From positions 32,001 to 96,000 of the forward strand of contig DASCPX010000189.1 of the NCBI GenBank assembly GCA_036012755.1: a stretch of DNA of 64,000 bases, given 5' to 3'. This document shows positions 9,485 to 18,751 of this stretch, in pieces; positions within the stretch are counted from its first letter, which is position 1; each line of letters starts with the position of its first letter. Both the position numbers and the translations under genes were made by a program. The notes beneath the pieces are model-generated. The model saw only the letters and a program-made list of their open reading frames with translations, searched no databases and had not been told where the DNA came from. The stretch comes from Myxococcota bacterium. GTDB lineage: Bacteria > Myxococcota_A > UBA796 > CAJQPC01.

Positions 9485-12400
9485 CCCTGGAACCCTCGCT
9501 CGACGAGGACCCGGTGCAGCGCCGCGACGAGGTGGTCGGCGAGCACGTAGCGTCCCTTTCGGGTGCGCTCCACGAGGCCCAGGTGGCCCAGCATCGCGAG
9601 CTCGGCCCGGGAGCGGTCTTCGTCCTTGCGGAACTGCCGCGCGTGGAGGTGAACGTCGATGCGCCCCTGGCGAGCCAGCTGGCGGAGGGTGAGCAGGGTC
9701 TCGTCGCTGAGGCTGCGCAGGGCCGACAGGGGGGTGTCGGGGACGTCCCCGATGACGATGAGGTCGTTGCGCGAGTCGACCTCCGTCGCCGACGCCATCC
9801 ACAAGGCGAGCGCGTCGGAGAGCACGCCGCCGGTAGCTTCGTGGAGGTGCTCGAAGTAGGCCTCCTCGTAGAGCTCGTCGCGACCGCGACCGCGACCGCG
9901 GGCGAAGGCCTCCTTCAGCGACCAGCCCAGGCTGCTCTCTGGGGCCGCGAAGCGCAGGCCGTAGCCGCTCATTCCGTGGCGCTGGAGGATGCTGGAGCGC
10001 AGGGCGTGGGGGCTCAGCGGGCGCAGCCGGAGGGTGTGCGGGAAGACCTCTGAGAGCGAGACGACGCGGTCGGCGTAGGCCCACACGGTCTTCTCTATCG
10101 ACAGCAGGAAGGCGTTGAGACCCTGGTCCTCGACGACCAGCCTGGCGAAGGCCCGCAGGGGCGCGAAGCCGCCGGGCTCGATGGTGAAGAGCCAGTGGGC
10201 CCCCTCGACGACGACCACCACGCCGCCGGTCGCCTTGGCTGCGATCTGCTCGATCTCGTCTGGGTCCTCGACGTAGCCGGTGAGCGTGTGGCGCACGACC
10301 TTCACGTCCAGCCCGCGCAGCACGAAGTTGACGGCGGCTCCCCTGGTGTCCTGGCCGGCGCCGAGGATCGAGACGCTGCGTGAGGCCCCGGTCTCGTGCC
10401 CGGAGAGCACCCGGCGGATCCGGCCCAGCTCCTGCTCGCGGCCCTCGAGCAGGTCGGCGGCCTCCAGGGTGGCGTCGCTGAAGAGCCTGCGGAACACGAC
10501 CGGCAGCTCGACGGGGCTGACCGGGGCGGTGAAGTCGTCCGGACCGATGGTCTCTGGCGGCGCCTCCGGCAGACCCAGGCGGCGGCGGGCATCCTCGTAG
10601 GCCTCTGTACCCATCGTCCGTCTCAGGGCGTCGTCGAGGTAGCTGCCGAGCTCGCCGAAGCTCTCTGCACCTCCGGTGATGATGCGCCGCCGCCGCTCGA
10701 TCTGCCCGCGCGCCAGGCGACGGCGGACCTCGTCCCAGCGCCCACCGACGAGGAGGTCGTGGAAGCCCTCGATCTGGTCGAAGACGGCGGCCCGGATGCG
10801 CTCGTGTGAGAGCCGGCCGAGATTCTCGTGCTGGGTGTGGAGCTGGCCGAGGCGCGCGGCGAAGCGCTCCATCGTCGCCAGCAGCGTCTCCCGGAGGACC
10901 TCCCTGGCGCCCGCGGGGACTCGATCCCCCTGGGCGGCCACGACGCCCAGCTCGGTGTGGGCGAGCTCGACGTTGAAGCTGAGGCTGCGCTGGAGCTCCT
11001 CGGTGGCCCGCACGATGACCTCGACCTCCTTCAGGAGCTGCTCGAGGATCAGCGACAGGTCCCGCCCGACCTCGGCGTCGAGGTAGCCGGTCGCGAGCTC
11101 GCGGAAGGGGATGTCCTCCAGCCGGGGCGGGGCGGGCAGGCGGCGTCCGGTGAGCCCCGGGGGGTTCAGGGCGACCTGGAAGTGGTCGGTGAGGTGGTCC
11201 ACGCCGTCGGCGAGCGCATCTCGCAGGGGCTCCACAACGGACTCGCTGCGGAGGCTGTCCCGCATCGCCTCGGCGATCGACAGGGCGTCCTCGATCACGT
11301 GCAGCGTGGGCTCGCAGCAGGCCTCGATCCTCGAGAGCATCGGGTCCGGACCGAGCTCCTCTTCGAGCACACCCACCAGCGTCTCGATCCCGGAGTCCAG
11401 TCCGGTGACGATGCGCCCGAGCTGGACCACGACGCGCCCGTGGAGCTCCCGCTCCAGCTGGTGCCCGTGCTGGTCGACGGCGTCCTCGGCCAGGTCTCGC
11501 AGGCAGAGCAGCTGGAGCTCCATGGCCATTCCGTTGGCGATGGCCCGGGTCAGGTCCCGGCTGTGGGCGAGGCCCGTCCCCAGCTCTTCGAGGGCTTCCT
11601 TGCGCGCCGAGTAGACCTTGCTGAAGCGGTAGTCCCGCGTGGTCAGACTTGGCGTCCCGGCGGTGCCGAGGAAGCGATTGAACTGCTTGTAGGGGCGTCC
11701 GACGGCGGCAGCTGCGACTCGCACGGTCTCGTCGGCCAGCCGGTCGACCTCGCGCTGGGCGATCTGGAACTCCTCCTCGATCTCCTCGAGCAACAGAGCG
11801 AGCAGGGACTCCCACTTCTCGGCCACGAAGTCCTCGTGCTCGAGGAGGTTGTCCTCGCTGCGGCGGAGGAGCTCGAAGACGTTTCGGGTCCGGGCCAGCA
11901 GGTGGCGCTCGGACAGCGCCATGAGCCCGGCTAGCTCGCCGAGGTGCTGGGGGGCGTGACCAGACAGCGTGTACCGCGCGAGCGGTCGGATCTCGACGAC
12001 GCGCAGGTCGTGGCCGAGTCCCAGACCGCGCACCCCTCGGGCCAGGAGCTTCGAGGCCCGCACCAGCCGCGAGTCGCCCTCCAGCGGCCGCAGGAATCCA
12101 TCTTCGTAGGGCACCTCCGTCGCCTGCGGCAGCGCGTCGACGGCCTTGTCGATCGCTCGCACGAGCTCCAGGAGCACCTCGTGTTCGTGGCGGAAGTCCA
12201 CCGTGGCGGCCCGGTCGAGGATGTGGTTCTCCCAGCTGGTGGCGAGCCGCCGGCGGCTCTCGCGGACCGCCTGGGCCATGTCCTCCGGGGTCGTGTTGGG
12301 ATCGGACGCCTTGGCCGTCAGCCGTCGGTGGTAGCGCAACATCTCGCGCCGCAGCTGGCTGAGGAAGTCCTGGGCCGAGCGGCGGCGACGCGCCGTGGTC

Positions 12401-13962
12401 GAGCTCCGCAGCTCCCTCGTGAGGTGCTGGAGCTCGGCCTTCAGCTCCCTGGAGAGCTCCAGCAGCCTCCGCCAGCTGACCAGCGGCGGCTCGCCCCAGG
12501 GGTCGAAGTGCGTGTGGCCCGGCTCGGGCAGCCACTCGGGCAAGGGCCTGTCGATCTCGGCGGTGGCGTCCTCTGCGAGGCTGTAGTCCTCGGACAGCGT
12601 GGGGTCGTCCTCCCGCTGCGTCTCCCCCGCGAGGCCGAGGGTGACCTTGAGCAGCACGGGCCCGAACATCTCGTTGATCGCGATGCCGGCGACCGCCATG
12701 GTGGCGAGGCTGGCTCCGGTGTCGCCGAGCTGGGAGATCGCGGTGGCCATGGCCAGGGCGATGCCGGCCTGGGCGCCGAAGCCGAGGAAGCCCCAGCGGC
12801 TGAAGATGCGTGGCCCCCGAGCCAGGATCGAGCCCGCGGCGGTGCCGGCGTAGAGGCTGGCCAGGCGCGCCGCGAACAACAGCGCGGCGAAGGCTGCGCT
12901 CTCACCGAGGCCGCGCAGGTCCAGGTGGGCCCCGGCGAGGAAGAAGAAGACGACGTAGATCGGCAGCGACAAGCGGTCGACGGCAGCCTTCAGGGTCCCG
13001 TGGGCGCGGGTGAAGTTGCGCACGACGAAGCCGGCGAAGAGGAAGGACAGCAGCGGATCGACGCCGATGAGCCCGGCGAGCCAGGTGACCCCGAAGCAGA
13101 GCCCCGCGAGGATCAGCAGGAACTCCTGGCCGACCCAGCGGATGCAGGCGGTGACGCCCACGCCGAGGGCCCCTCCCAACAGCACGCTCCCGCCGATCTT
13201 CAGCAGCAGCTCGACCGCCAGGCCCTGCTCGGAGGGCTCCGCTCCCAGCGAGGTGCCGACCACGCTCATCGCCACCGCGAAGAGGACGACGACCACGACG
13301 TTGTTGAGGACCGAGACGCCGAGCACCGTGTCGGTGACCGGCCCCTTGGCGTTGGTCTCGTGCACGATGGCGATGCTGGCGGCGGGGCTCATCGCCGAGC
13401 CGATGACGGCCAGCAGGACCGCTGCCGCGACCTTCACCTCTGTGGGCTGCTCCACGAGGAAGGGCACCGCGAAGCCGTCGATGGGGCCAGAGAGCAGCCA
13501 GACGAGTCCGCCGAGCACCGACAGCAGCAGCAGGAACTGGAAGCCGAGGATCCCGCTGAGCAGCTTGGCGCCTCGCTTCAGCGCCGGCAGCCCGAGGGCC
13601 CCCCCGGCGCTCAGGGCGATGAGGGCGACAGCCAGGTTGTCGAAGAGACTCAGGTCCCGGATCGTGTGCTCGTCGAGAACGACCATCCAGTCGGGCGTGT
13701 GGAGCACCTCGTGGGCGTGGTGCCCGCAGAGGATGCCGGTCACGAGGTAGGCCGTGATGTGCGGCAGCTTGACGGTCTCGAGGATCTCGCCGAGGGTGAA
13801 GGCCGCCAGGATGATGAACCCGAAGGTCGCCATCGAGACCGGGTTCAGCAAGCCCTCGTGGGGCTGGTGCACCGCCTGGAGGAAGAGCATCAGGACGAAG
13901 AGCAAGACGACGATGAGGCCCTTCGTGAGGCCCTCTCCGAGGCTGAGCCTGTCGCCGACCAT
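9481..13962 (-). CDS. Cation:proton antiporter (CPA) fused to a ~1000-aa cytoplasmic helical / degenerate P-loop NTPase / winged-helix region
   Basis: Start MVGDRLSLG at 13962 (TGATG overlap with trkH), 1493 aa. CPA motifs LPHITAYLVTGIL, SPAASIAIVHE..AKGPVT, FFFLAGAHL, QAGIAL, NEMFGP. C-terminal LEGREQEL..SVSILGAGQDTRG and VVVVVEGAHWLF. Confidence 0.85.
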   Translation of the reverse strand: MVGDRLSLGEGLTKGLIVVLLFVLMLFLQAVHQPHEGLLNPVSMATFGFIILAAFTLGEILETVKLPHITAYLVTGILCGHHAHEVLHTPDWMVVLDEHTIRDLSLFDNLAVALIALSAGGALGLPALKRGAKLLSGILGFQFLLLLSVLGGLVWLLSGPIDGFAVPFLVEQPTEVKVAAAVLLAVIGSAMSPAASIAIVHETNAKGPVTDTVLGVSVLNNVVVVVLFAVAMSVVGTSLGAEPSEQGLAVELLLKIGGSVLLGGALGVGVTACIRWVGQEFLLILAGLCFGVTWLAGLIGVDPLLSFLFAGFVVRNFTRAHGTLKAAVDRLSLPIYVVFFFLAGAHLDLRGLGESAAFAALLFAARLASLYAGTAAGSILARGPRIFSRWGFLGFGAQAGIALAMATAISQLGDTGASLATMAVAGIAINEMFGPVLLKVTLGLAGETQREDDPTLSEDYSLAEDATAEIDRPLPEWLPEPGHTHFDPWGEPPLVSWRRLLELSRELKAELQHLTRELRSSTTARRRRSAQDFLSQLRREMLRYHRRLTAKASDPNTTPEDMAQAVRESRRRLATSWENHILDRAATVDFRHEHEVLLELVRAIDKAVDALPQATEVPYEDGFLRPLEGDSRLVRASKLLARGVRGLGLGHDLRVVEIRPLARYTLSGHAPQHLGELAGLMALSERHLLARTRNVFELLRRSEDNLLEHEDFVAEKWESLLALLLEEIEEEFQIAQREVDRLADETVRVAAAAVGRPYKQFNRFLGTAGTPSLTTRDYRFSKVYSARKEALEELGTGLAHSRDLTRAIANGMAMELQLLCLRDLAEDAVDQHGHQLERELHGRVVVQLGRIVTGLDSGIETLVGVLEEELGPDPMLSRIEACCEPTLHVIEDALSIAEAMRDSLRSESVVEPLRDALADGVDHLTDHFQVALNPPGLTGRRLPAPPRLEDIPFRELATGYLDAEVGRDLSLILEQLLKEVEVIVRATEELQRSLSFNVELAHTELGVVAAQGDRVPAGAREVLRETLLATMERFAARLGQLHTQHENLGRLSHERIRAAVFDQIEGFHDLLVGGRWDEVRRRLARGQIERRRRIITGGAESFGELGSYLDDALRRTMGTEAYEDARRRLGLPEAPPETIGPDDFTAPVSPVELPVVFRRLFSDATLEAADLLEGREQELGRIRRVLSGHETGASRSVSILGAGQDTRGAAVNFVLRGLDVKVVRHTLTGYVEDPDEIEQIAAKATGGVVVVVEGAHWLFTIEPGGFAPLRAFARLVVEDQGLNAFLLSIEKTVWAYADRVVSLSEVFPHTLRLRPLSPHALRSSILQRHGMSGYGLRFAAPESSLGWSLKEAFARGRGRGRDELYEEAYFEHLHEATGGVLSDALALWMASATEVDSRNDLIVIGDVPDTPLSALRSLSDETLLTLRQLARQGRIDVHLHARQFRKDEDRSRAELAMLGHLGLVERTRKGRYVLADHLVAALHRVLVERGFQG

Positions 13963-15449
13963 CAGCGCCTCCAGAACCCTGGCGTCAACAGCGCCAGGAC
14001 TGTGAGGAACTCGAGGCGACCCAGGAGCATGAGCGCCGAGAGCACCAGCTTGGTCGGGCCCGAGAAGAAGCCGAAGTTGTCCGTCGGGCCCACCATCCCG
14101 AAGCCCGGACCGACGTTCGCCACGCAGGCCAACGAGGCCATGATCGAGGTCGTCCCGTCCACGTCCTCGACCAGCGCAACCCAGATGGCGCCGAGGCCGA
14201 CGGTCATCACGTAGACGCCCATGAAGGCGAGGATTCCCGTGAGCGACTGGTTGGACACCACCGCCCGCCCGACGCGGACCGGGTCGATGAGGTGGGGTCT
14301 GAAGCTCCGCTTGAGCTCCGAGACCGCCGCCTTCACCAGGATGATCACGCGGATCAGCTTCATGCCGCCGGCGGTGCTGCCGGAGCAGCCGCCGGTGAAG
14401 AAGAGGATGAGCAGCAGCATGCGCGTCGCGCTGGGCCAGAGCTCGAAGTCCGCGGTGCCGAAGCCCGTCGTCGACATGATCGAGGCGGTCTGGAAGCTGG
14501 AGAAGCGGAAGGCGTCCCCGACGCTGCCCGCCTCTGGGAGGATCACCACCGCACAGAGCACCGTGACCGCCGCGAGGATGCCGAAGTAGGCCCTGGTCTG
14601 GATGTCCTTCCAGATGACGGAGGGGCCCTTTCGGAGCGCCTCGTGGAAGAGGCCGAAGTTCATCCCGGCGACGACCATGAAGACGAGGACGATCATCTCC
14701 ACCAGGACCTTGTCGAAGCCCCCGACAGACGCGTTCTGTGTCGAGAAGCCCCCGGTTCCCATCGTCGAGAAGGCGTGGACGACGGCCTCGAAGATGGGCA
14801 GTCCGGCCAGCCACAACAACACGATCTCCACCGTGGTGAAGAGCACGTAGACCTTCCACAACACGCTCGCCGACTCGCGGATGCGGGGAGACAGGCCCTT
14901 GCTCCTGGGGCCGGGGACCTCGCTGCGGAAGAGGTGCTTGCCCCCCACGCCGAGGGCCGGGAAGACAGCGACGAAGAGCACGACGATGCCCATTCCGCCC
15001 AGCCAGTGACTGAGCATTCGCCAGAAGTGGAGGGCCGGGTTCAGGCGCCCCTCGATCTCTGGGAGGATGGTGGCTCCGGTCGTCGTGAAGCCGCTGGTGG
15101 ACTCGAAGATCGCCTCGCTCGGTCGGAAGTCGGCCCCGATGAGGAAGGGGAGGCCGCCGACGACGCAGAGCGTTGCCCAGGACACGGTCACTACGAGCAG
15201 GGCGTTTCTTCGCGAGAGGTCGTCGAGTCGCGCGTTTCGGCCGAGCCAGAGCGCGATCCCCGCGAGGACCCCCACGATGAGGGCGGAGACACCCATGTGA
15301 ACCGCCCCCTCGCGGCTGCCCATCGCGACGCCCACCAGCCCGCTCGCCGCCATGGCGATGGCCACGCCGATCATCAGGAGCCCGACCGGGCGGGCGACCT
15401 GGGGCAGGTCTCCCTTCAGCTCGCCGAAGCGCCAGCCGGTTCGACTCAA
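13962..15449 (-). CDS. trkH: Trk-system potassium uptake membrane protein
   Basis: FESTSGFTTTGAT, WLGGMGI, TMGTGGFS, STTGF, GGCSGSTAGGMK, NVGPG, MLLGRLE. Confidence 0.95.
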   Translation of the reverse strand: MSRTGWRFGELKGDLPQVARPVGLLMIGVAIAMAASGLVGVAMGSREGAVHMGVSALIVGVLAGIALWLGRNARLDDLSRRNALLVVTVSWATLCVVGGLPFLIGADFRPSEAIFESTSGFTTTGATILPEIEGRLNPALHFWRMLSHWLGGMGIVVLFVAVFPALGVGGKHLFRSEVPGPRSKGLSPRIRESASVLWKVYVLFTTVEIVLLWLAGLPIFEAVVHAFSTMGTGGFSTQNASVGGFDKVLVEMIVLVFMVVAGMNFGLFHEALRKGPSVIWKDIQTRAYFGILAAVTVLCAVVILPEAGSVGDAFRFSSFQTASIMSTTGFGTADFELWPSATRMLLLILFFTGGCSGSTAGGMKLIRVIILVKAAVSELKRSFRPHLIDPVRVGRAVVSNQSLTGILAFMGVYVMTVGLGAIWVALVEDVDGTTSIMASLACVANVGPGFGMVGPTDNFGFFSGPTKLVLSALMLLGRLEFLTVLALLTPGFWRR

Positions 15450-16789
15450 AGGACCTTCTTGCGGAAGAGGCGCTCGAGGGCCGGGCGGGCCGCGGCCCTC
15501 GCCACGACGACGACGATGTCTCCCGGCTCGATCTGGTCTGTGCCGGACGGAACGCGCACCTCGCTGCCGGAGACGATGCAGCCGAGCAGCGCTCCCCTGG
15601 GCAGGTTCAGCCGCCTCAGCGGCGTGCCGACGATGCGGCTCCCGGTGCGGGCGAGGAGCTCGATGACCTCTGCCTGGCCGTGCTCGAGCAGCGTCAGCGA
15701 CTGGACCTCGGCCTGTCGCACGTAGCGGAGCACGTTCTCGCTGGCGACGGTGCGTGGGGACAGGACGGTGTCGATGCCGAGCTGCCGGTAGATCTCTGCG
15801 TAGTCGGGCCGCTTCGCTGTCGAGATGGTGCGGCCGACGCCCACGCGCTTGGCCAGGAGGCCAGCCATGAGGTTGACCTCGTCGTCGCCGGTCACCGCGG
15901 CGAAGATGTCGAAGCTGCCGGCGGCCTCCTCCTCCAACAGTCGGAGATCAGTGCCGTCGCCGTGGATGACCGTGACGTCGGCGAGCTCTTCTGCGAGGTG
16001 CTCGGCCTTCTTCCGGTCTCGCTCCATGAGCATGACCTCGACGTCCGACTTCGCGAGGATGCGGGCCAGCGCTCCGCCGATCACGCCGCCACCGACGACG
16101 CAGACCCGCGATGCCTGGCGCCCGCCGCCGAAGAGGTCCTCGACCGCCTCCATCCGCCCGGCGTGACCCAGCAGGTAGACCCGGTCACCGGCGAGCAGCA
16201 CGTCAGCGCCGCCGGGCACGAAGAGCTCGCCTTCGCGCACCACCGCGGCGACCAGGGTCTGGTCGGGGAGGGAGAGGTTCGCCAGGGTCTTGTGGAGCAT
16301 CTTGGAGCTGGCTGGCAGCTCGACCTGGATCATCTCGACCCTGTTGCCCGCGAGCCCGAGGACCTCGATCGCTCCTCGGCTCCTGGCGATCTTGGCGATC
16401 TCCTGGGCGATGAGGATGCGGGGGTTCAGCACCACATCGATGCCGAGCAGTCCGTAGTGGATGCCCTGCTTCGAGGAGGAGTACTGCTCCCCCTGGACCC
16501 GGGCGATGGCTCGGCGAGCCCCCAGGTCCTTCGCCGCCCGCGCGGCCACCAGGTTGACCTCGTCGTTGTCGGTGACAGCGACCAGCAGGTCCGCCTTGTT
16601 GGTCTCCGCCTCTCGCAGGACCCGCGGGCTGGAGCCGAAGCCCAGCAGCGTGCCGACGTCTTCGGCCTCTTCGACGGCCTCGAGGTTCAGCGGGTCGTTG
16701 TCGATGGCGACCACGTCGTGGCCGTCATGCTCCAGCTCGCGGACGACGTGACGCCCGACCTGTCCCATTCCGACGACGACTACGTACAT
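15446..16789 (-). CDS. trkA: Trk-system RCK regulatory subunit
   Basis: 447 aa with two RCK_N/RCK_C pairs (GMGQVG, GGGVIG, AVTDNDEVN, AVTGDDEVN). Confidence 0.95.
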   Translation of the reverse strand: MYVVVVGMGQVGRHVVRELEHDGHDVVAIDNDPLNLEAVEEAEDVGTLLGFGSSPRVLREAETNKADLLVAVTDNDEVNLVAARAAKDLGARRAIARVQGEQYSSSKQGIHYGLLGIDVVLNPRILIAQEIAKIARSRGAIEVLGLAGNRVEMIQVELPASSKMLHKTLANLSLPDQTLVAAVVREGELFVPGGADVLLAGDRVYLLGHAGRMEAVEDLFGGGRQASRVCVVGGGVIGGALARILAKSDVEVMLMERDRKKAEHLAEELADVTVIHGDGTDLRLLEEEAAGSFDIFAAVTGDDEVNLMAGLLAKRVGVGRTISTAKRPDYAEIYRQLGIDTVLSPRTVASENVLRYVRQAEVQSLTLLEHGQAEVIELLARTGSRIVGTPLRRLNLPRGALLGCIVSGSEVRVPSGTDQIEPGDIVVVVARAAARPALERLFRKKVL

Positions 16790-18021
16790 CAGCTGGCCTC
16801 CGTTGTGGGCGTCTCGGCGCGGATGTCACCCGAGTCGATGAGCAGGCCCTTCATGAGTCGCGCGGACCAGAGCTCGTTGAGCAGGACGCTGGCCAACACG
16901 CAGGTGACCACGAGTCCGGCCAGGGGCTCGTGGGGGTAGACGATGCCGAAGTTGAGCGCCATCGCGACGGCGACCTCGCCCTGACCGAGCAGCCCTCGAC
17001 CGACATCTCTGCGGATGTCGCCGCTGGCGAGGGCCGAGAACCAGCCGCTGGTGATGCGGGAGCCTCCGCGCACGATGGCGTAGCCGACCGCGAAGAGCAG
17101 GATCGGCCAGGCCACACCTGTCCAGGTCGCGCCCGCGAAGATGAGCAGGAGGATGTACATCGGGCCGCGGGTGCGCTGGAGGACCTCGAGGATCGCCTTG
17201 CTCGAGGCGTCCTTGGCGTTGAACAGCATCACGAAGCCGAGCACGAGGTTGACCAACAGCGGCGAGAGCTCGAGGTAGTGGGCGGCTCCGGAGGCGAAGA
17301 CGATGATGCCGACGAGCGCCAGGAACTGCTTGTCGACGTCGTCCTCGTCCTTCATGAAGAAGCGGAACAGACCGCCGAGCACGACTCCGAGGCCGACGCT
17401 GACGCCGTACCACTCGGGGTGGGTGACGGGCGTGTCGCGCCAGGGGATGGGGTAGTCCTCGCGGAAGATGCAGAAGAGTCCGCCGAAGACGGCGATGGCG
17501 AGGAACTCGTCGAGACGGATGGACTGGGCGAGCGTCTTCGTCGTCTTGCCCTCTGCTCCGAAGCGGCGCTTGACGAGGTCGAGGATGCCCGGCGAGGTGG
17601 CCATCGCTGCGCTCGCGAGGACCAGGGAGGCCAGCAGGCGGCCGCCTCCTTCGACCTCTGGCACCCCAGGCAGCAAGAGGGCGAACCAGACCACCACGAA
17701 GGTCAGGGCGAAGGTGACGAGGCTGCCGAAGAAGGCCAGCATCACGGCGCCGCCGCTGCCTTCGGCGAGCAGCTTGCGAGGGCTCAACAGCGCCCCGTAG
17801 AGCAGGCCGACCCAGCCGATCGCCAGGCTCATGAGCGGGCTCAGCTGACGGATGGTGGGCTCGTCGATCAGGTGGAGAACCACCGGTCCGACCAGCACCC
17901 CCAGCAGCATGTATTCGCTGCCGGTGGTGAAGAGGTAGCGGTCCTGCAGCCACTTGACGACGAAGTGGAACAGCAGGTAGGCGATCGCAGCGATCGCCAA
18001 GAACGGGAGCACGGTCGTCAT
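16789..18021 (-). CDS. Cation:proton antiporter (CPA) family membrane protein
   Basis: 410 aa with about 12 TM helices. YMLLGVLVGP, ATSPG, LSPLLVNLVLG, GLLGQGEVAVAMAL. Confidence 0.8.
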   Translation of the reverse strand: MTTVLPFLAIAAIAYLLFHFVVKWLQDRYLFTTGSEYMLLGVLVGPVVLHLIDEPTIRQLSPLMSLAIGWVGLLYGALLSPRKLLAEGSGGAVMLAFFGSLVTFALTFVVVWFALLLPGVPEVEGGGRLLASLVLASAAMATSPGILDLVKRRFGAEGKTTKTLAQSIRLDEFLAIAVFGGLFCIFREDYPIPWRDTPVTHPEWYGVSVGLGVVLGGLFRFFMKDEDDVDKQFLALVGIIVFASGAAHYLELSPLLVNLVLGFVMLFNAKDASSKAILEVLQRTRGPMYILLLIFAGATWTGVAWPILLFAVGYAIVRGGSRITSGWFSALASGDIRRDVGRGLLGQGEVAVAMALNFGIVYPHEPLAGLVVTCVLASVLLNELWSARLMKGLLIDSGDIRAETPTTEAS

Positions 18022-18049
18022 CAGCTTCTACGGGGGTTGCAGATCCTCC

Positions 18050-18718
18050 TCAGCCATCGAAACACATACTGGTCTCATAGACATAGTTGGCCGGCGGGCC
18101 ATGCTCGGACTCGTCCTCTGGGGTGATCGTGCCTCGGCCATAGTCAGACGCGCCCCAGGTGAAGCTGGGGCTCTTCCCGAAGTACATGTACACCAGCATG
18201 GCGTTCTCCAAGTTCGGGTTCCCGGAGGGCGTGAGCGTGTCGTAGAAGGTGACGAAGTCCATCTTCATGGTGTCGCCGTACTCGAAGTCGTCCTCGTCCG
18301 GGTGCTTGAAGGTCGCCAGGTAGTTCATGTGGGGACACTGGTCGTCGGTCTTCTCGACCTCGCCGGCGTAGCCCTCCTCCGACTCGGTGGCCTCGAAGGT
18401 CTGGTGGTAGCTCTGGCTGACCCGCTCGCCCGCGTACTCGAGGGTGTCGATGCAGTCCAGGTCCCAGCTGGTGTCGTCGAAGAACCAGTACCACTTCTCT
18501 TCGAGCAGCAGGTTGCCGTCGGCGTCGGTGTTCCCCTCCGCGACGATGTAGACGATGGTGTCCGCGCCGTCGTTGCAGCCTTCGTGTTGCCAGATTCCCC
18601 ACTTGTCGTCCGGCACGTTGGGGTGCCTCAGCTCACCGCTGTCCGCGCTGTCGCTGCTGCTGTCGTCGCCCGGGTCGCGGTCCAGGAGCTTGGTACAGGC
18701 CAGGGCCAACAGCAGCAT
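18050..18718 (-). CDS. Acidic lipoprotein of unknown function
   Basis: GGAGG RBS upstream of ATG 18718. Short signal/lipobox MLLLALAC, acidic Cys-containing mature domain. Confidence 0.7.
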   Translation of the reverse strand: MLLLALACTKLLDRDPGDDSSSDSADSGELRHPNVPDDKWGIWQHEGCNDGADTIVYIVAEGNTDADGNLLLEEKWYWFFDDTSWDLDCIDTLEYAGERVSQSYHQTFEATESEEGYAGEVEKTDDQCPHMNYLATFKHPDEDDFEYGDTMKMDFVTFYDTLTPSGNPNLENAMLVYMYFGKSPSFTWGASDYGRGTITPEDESEHGPPANYVYETSMCFDG

Positions 18719-18751
18719 CGACGCCTCCACGGCGATGCAGTCTACCTCGGC

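Noticed and set aside
8336..12535. 1399-aa ORF as one protein
   Set aside because: The N-terminal ~1000 aa is an Arg/Pro/Gly-rich alternative frame of the CPA fusion. Only 8336-9484 (MscS) looks real.
13963..14859. N-terminal extension of the 1792-aa ORF
   Set aside because: Overlaps trkH in another frame. The coupled start at 13962 is more plausible.
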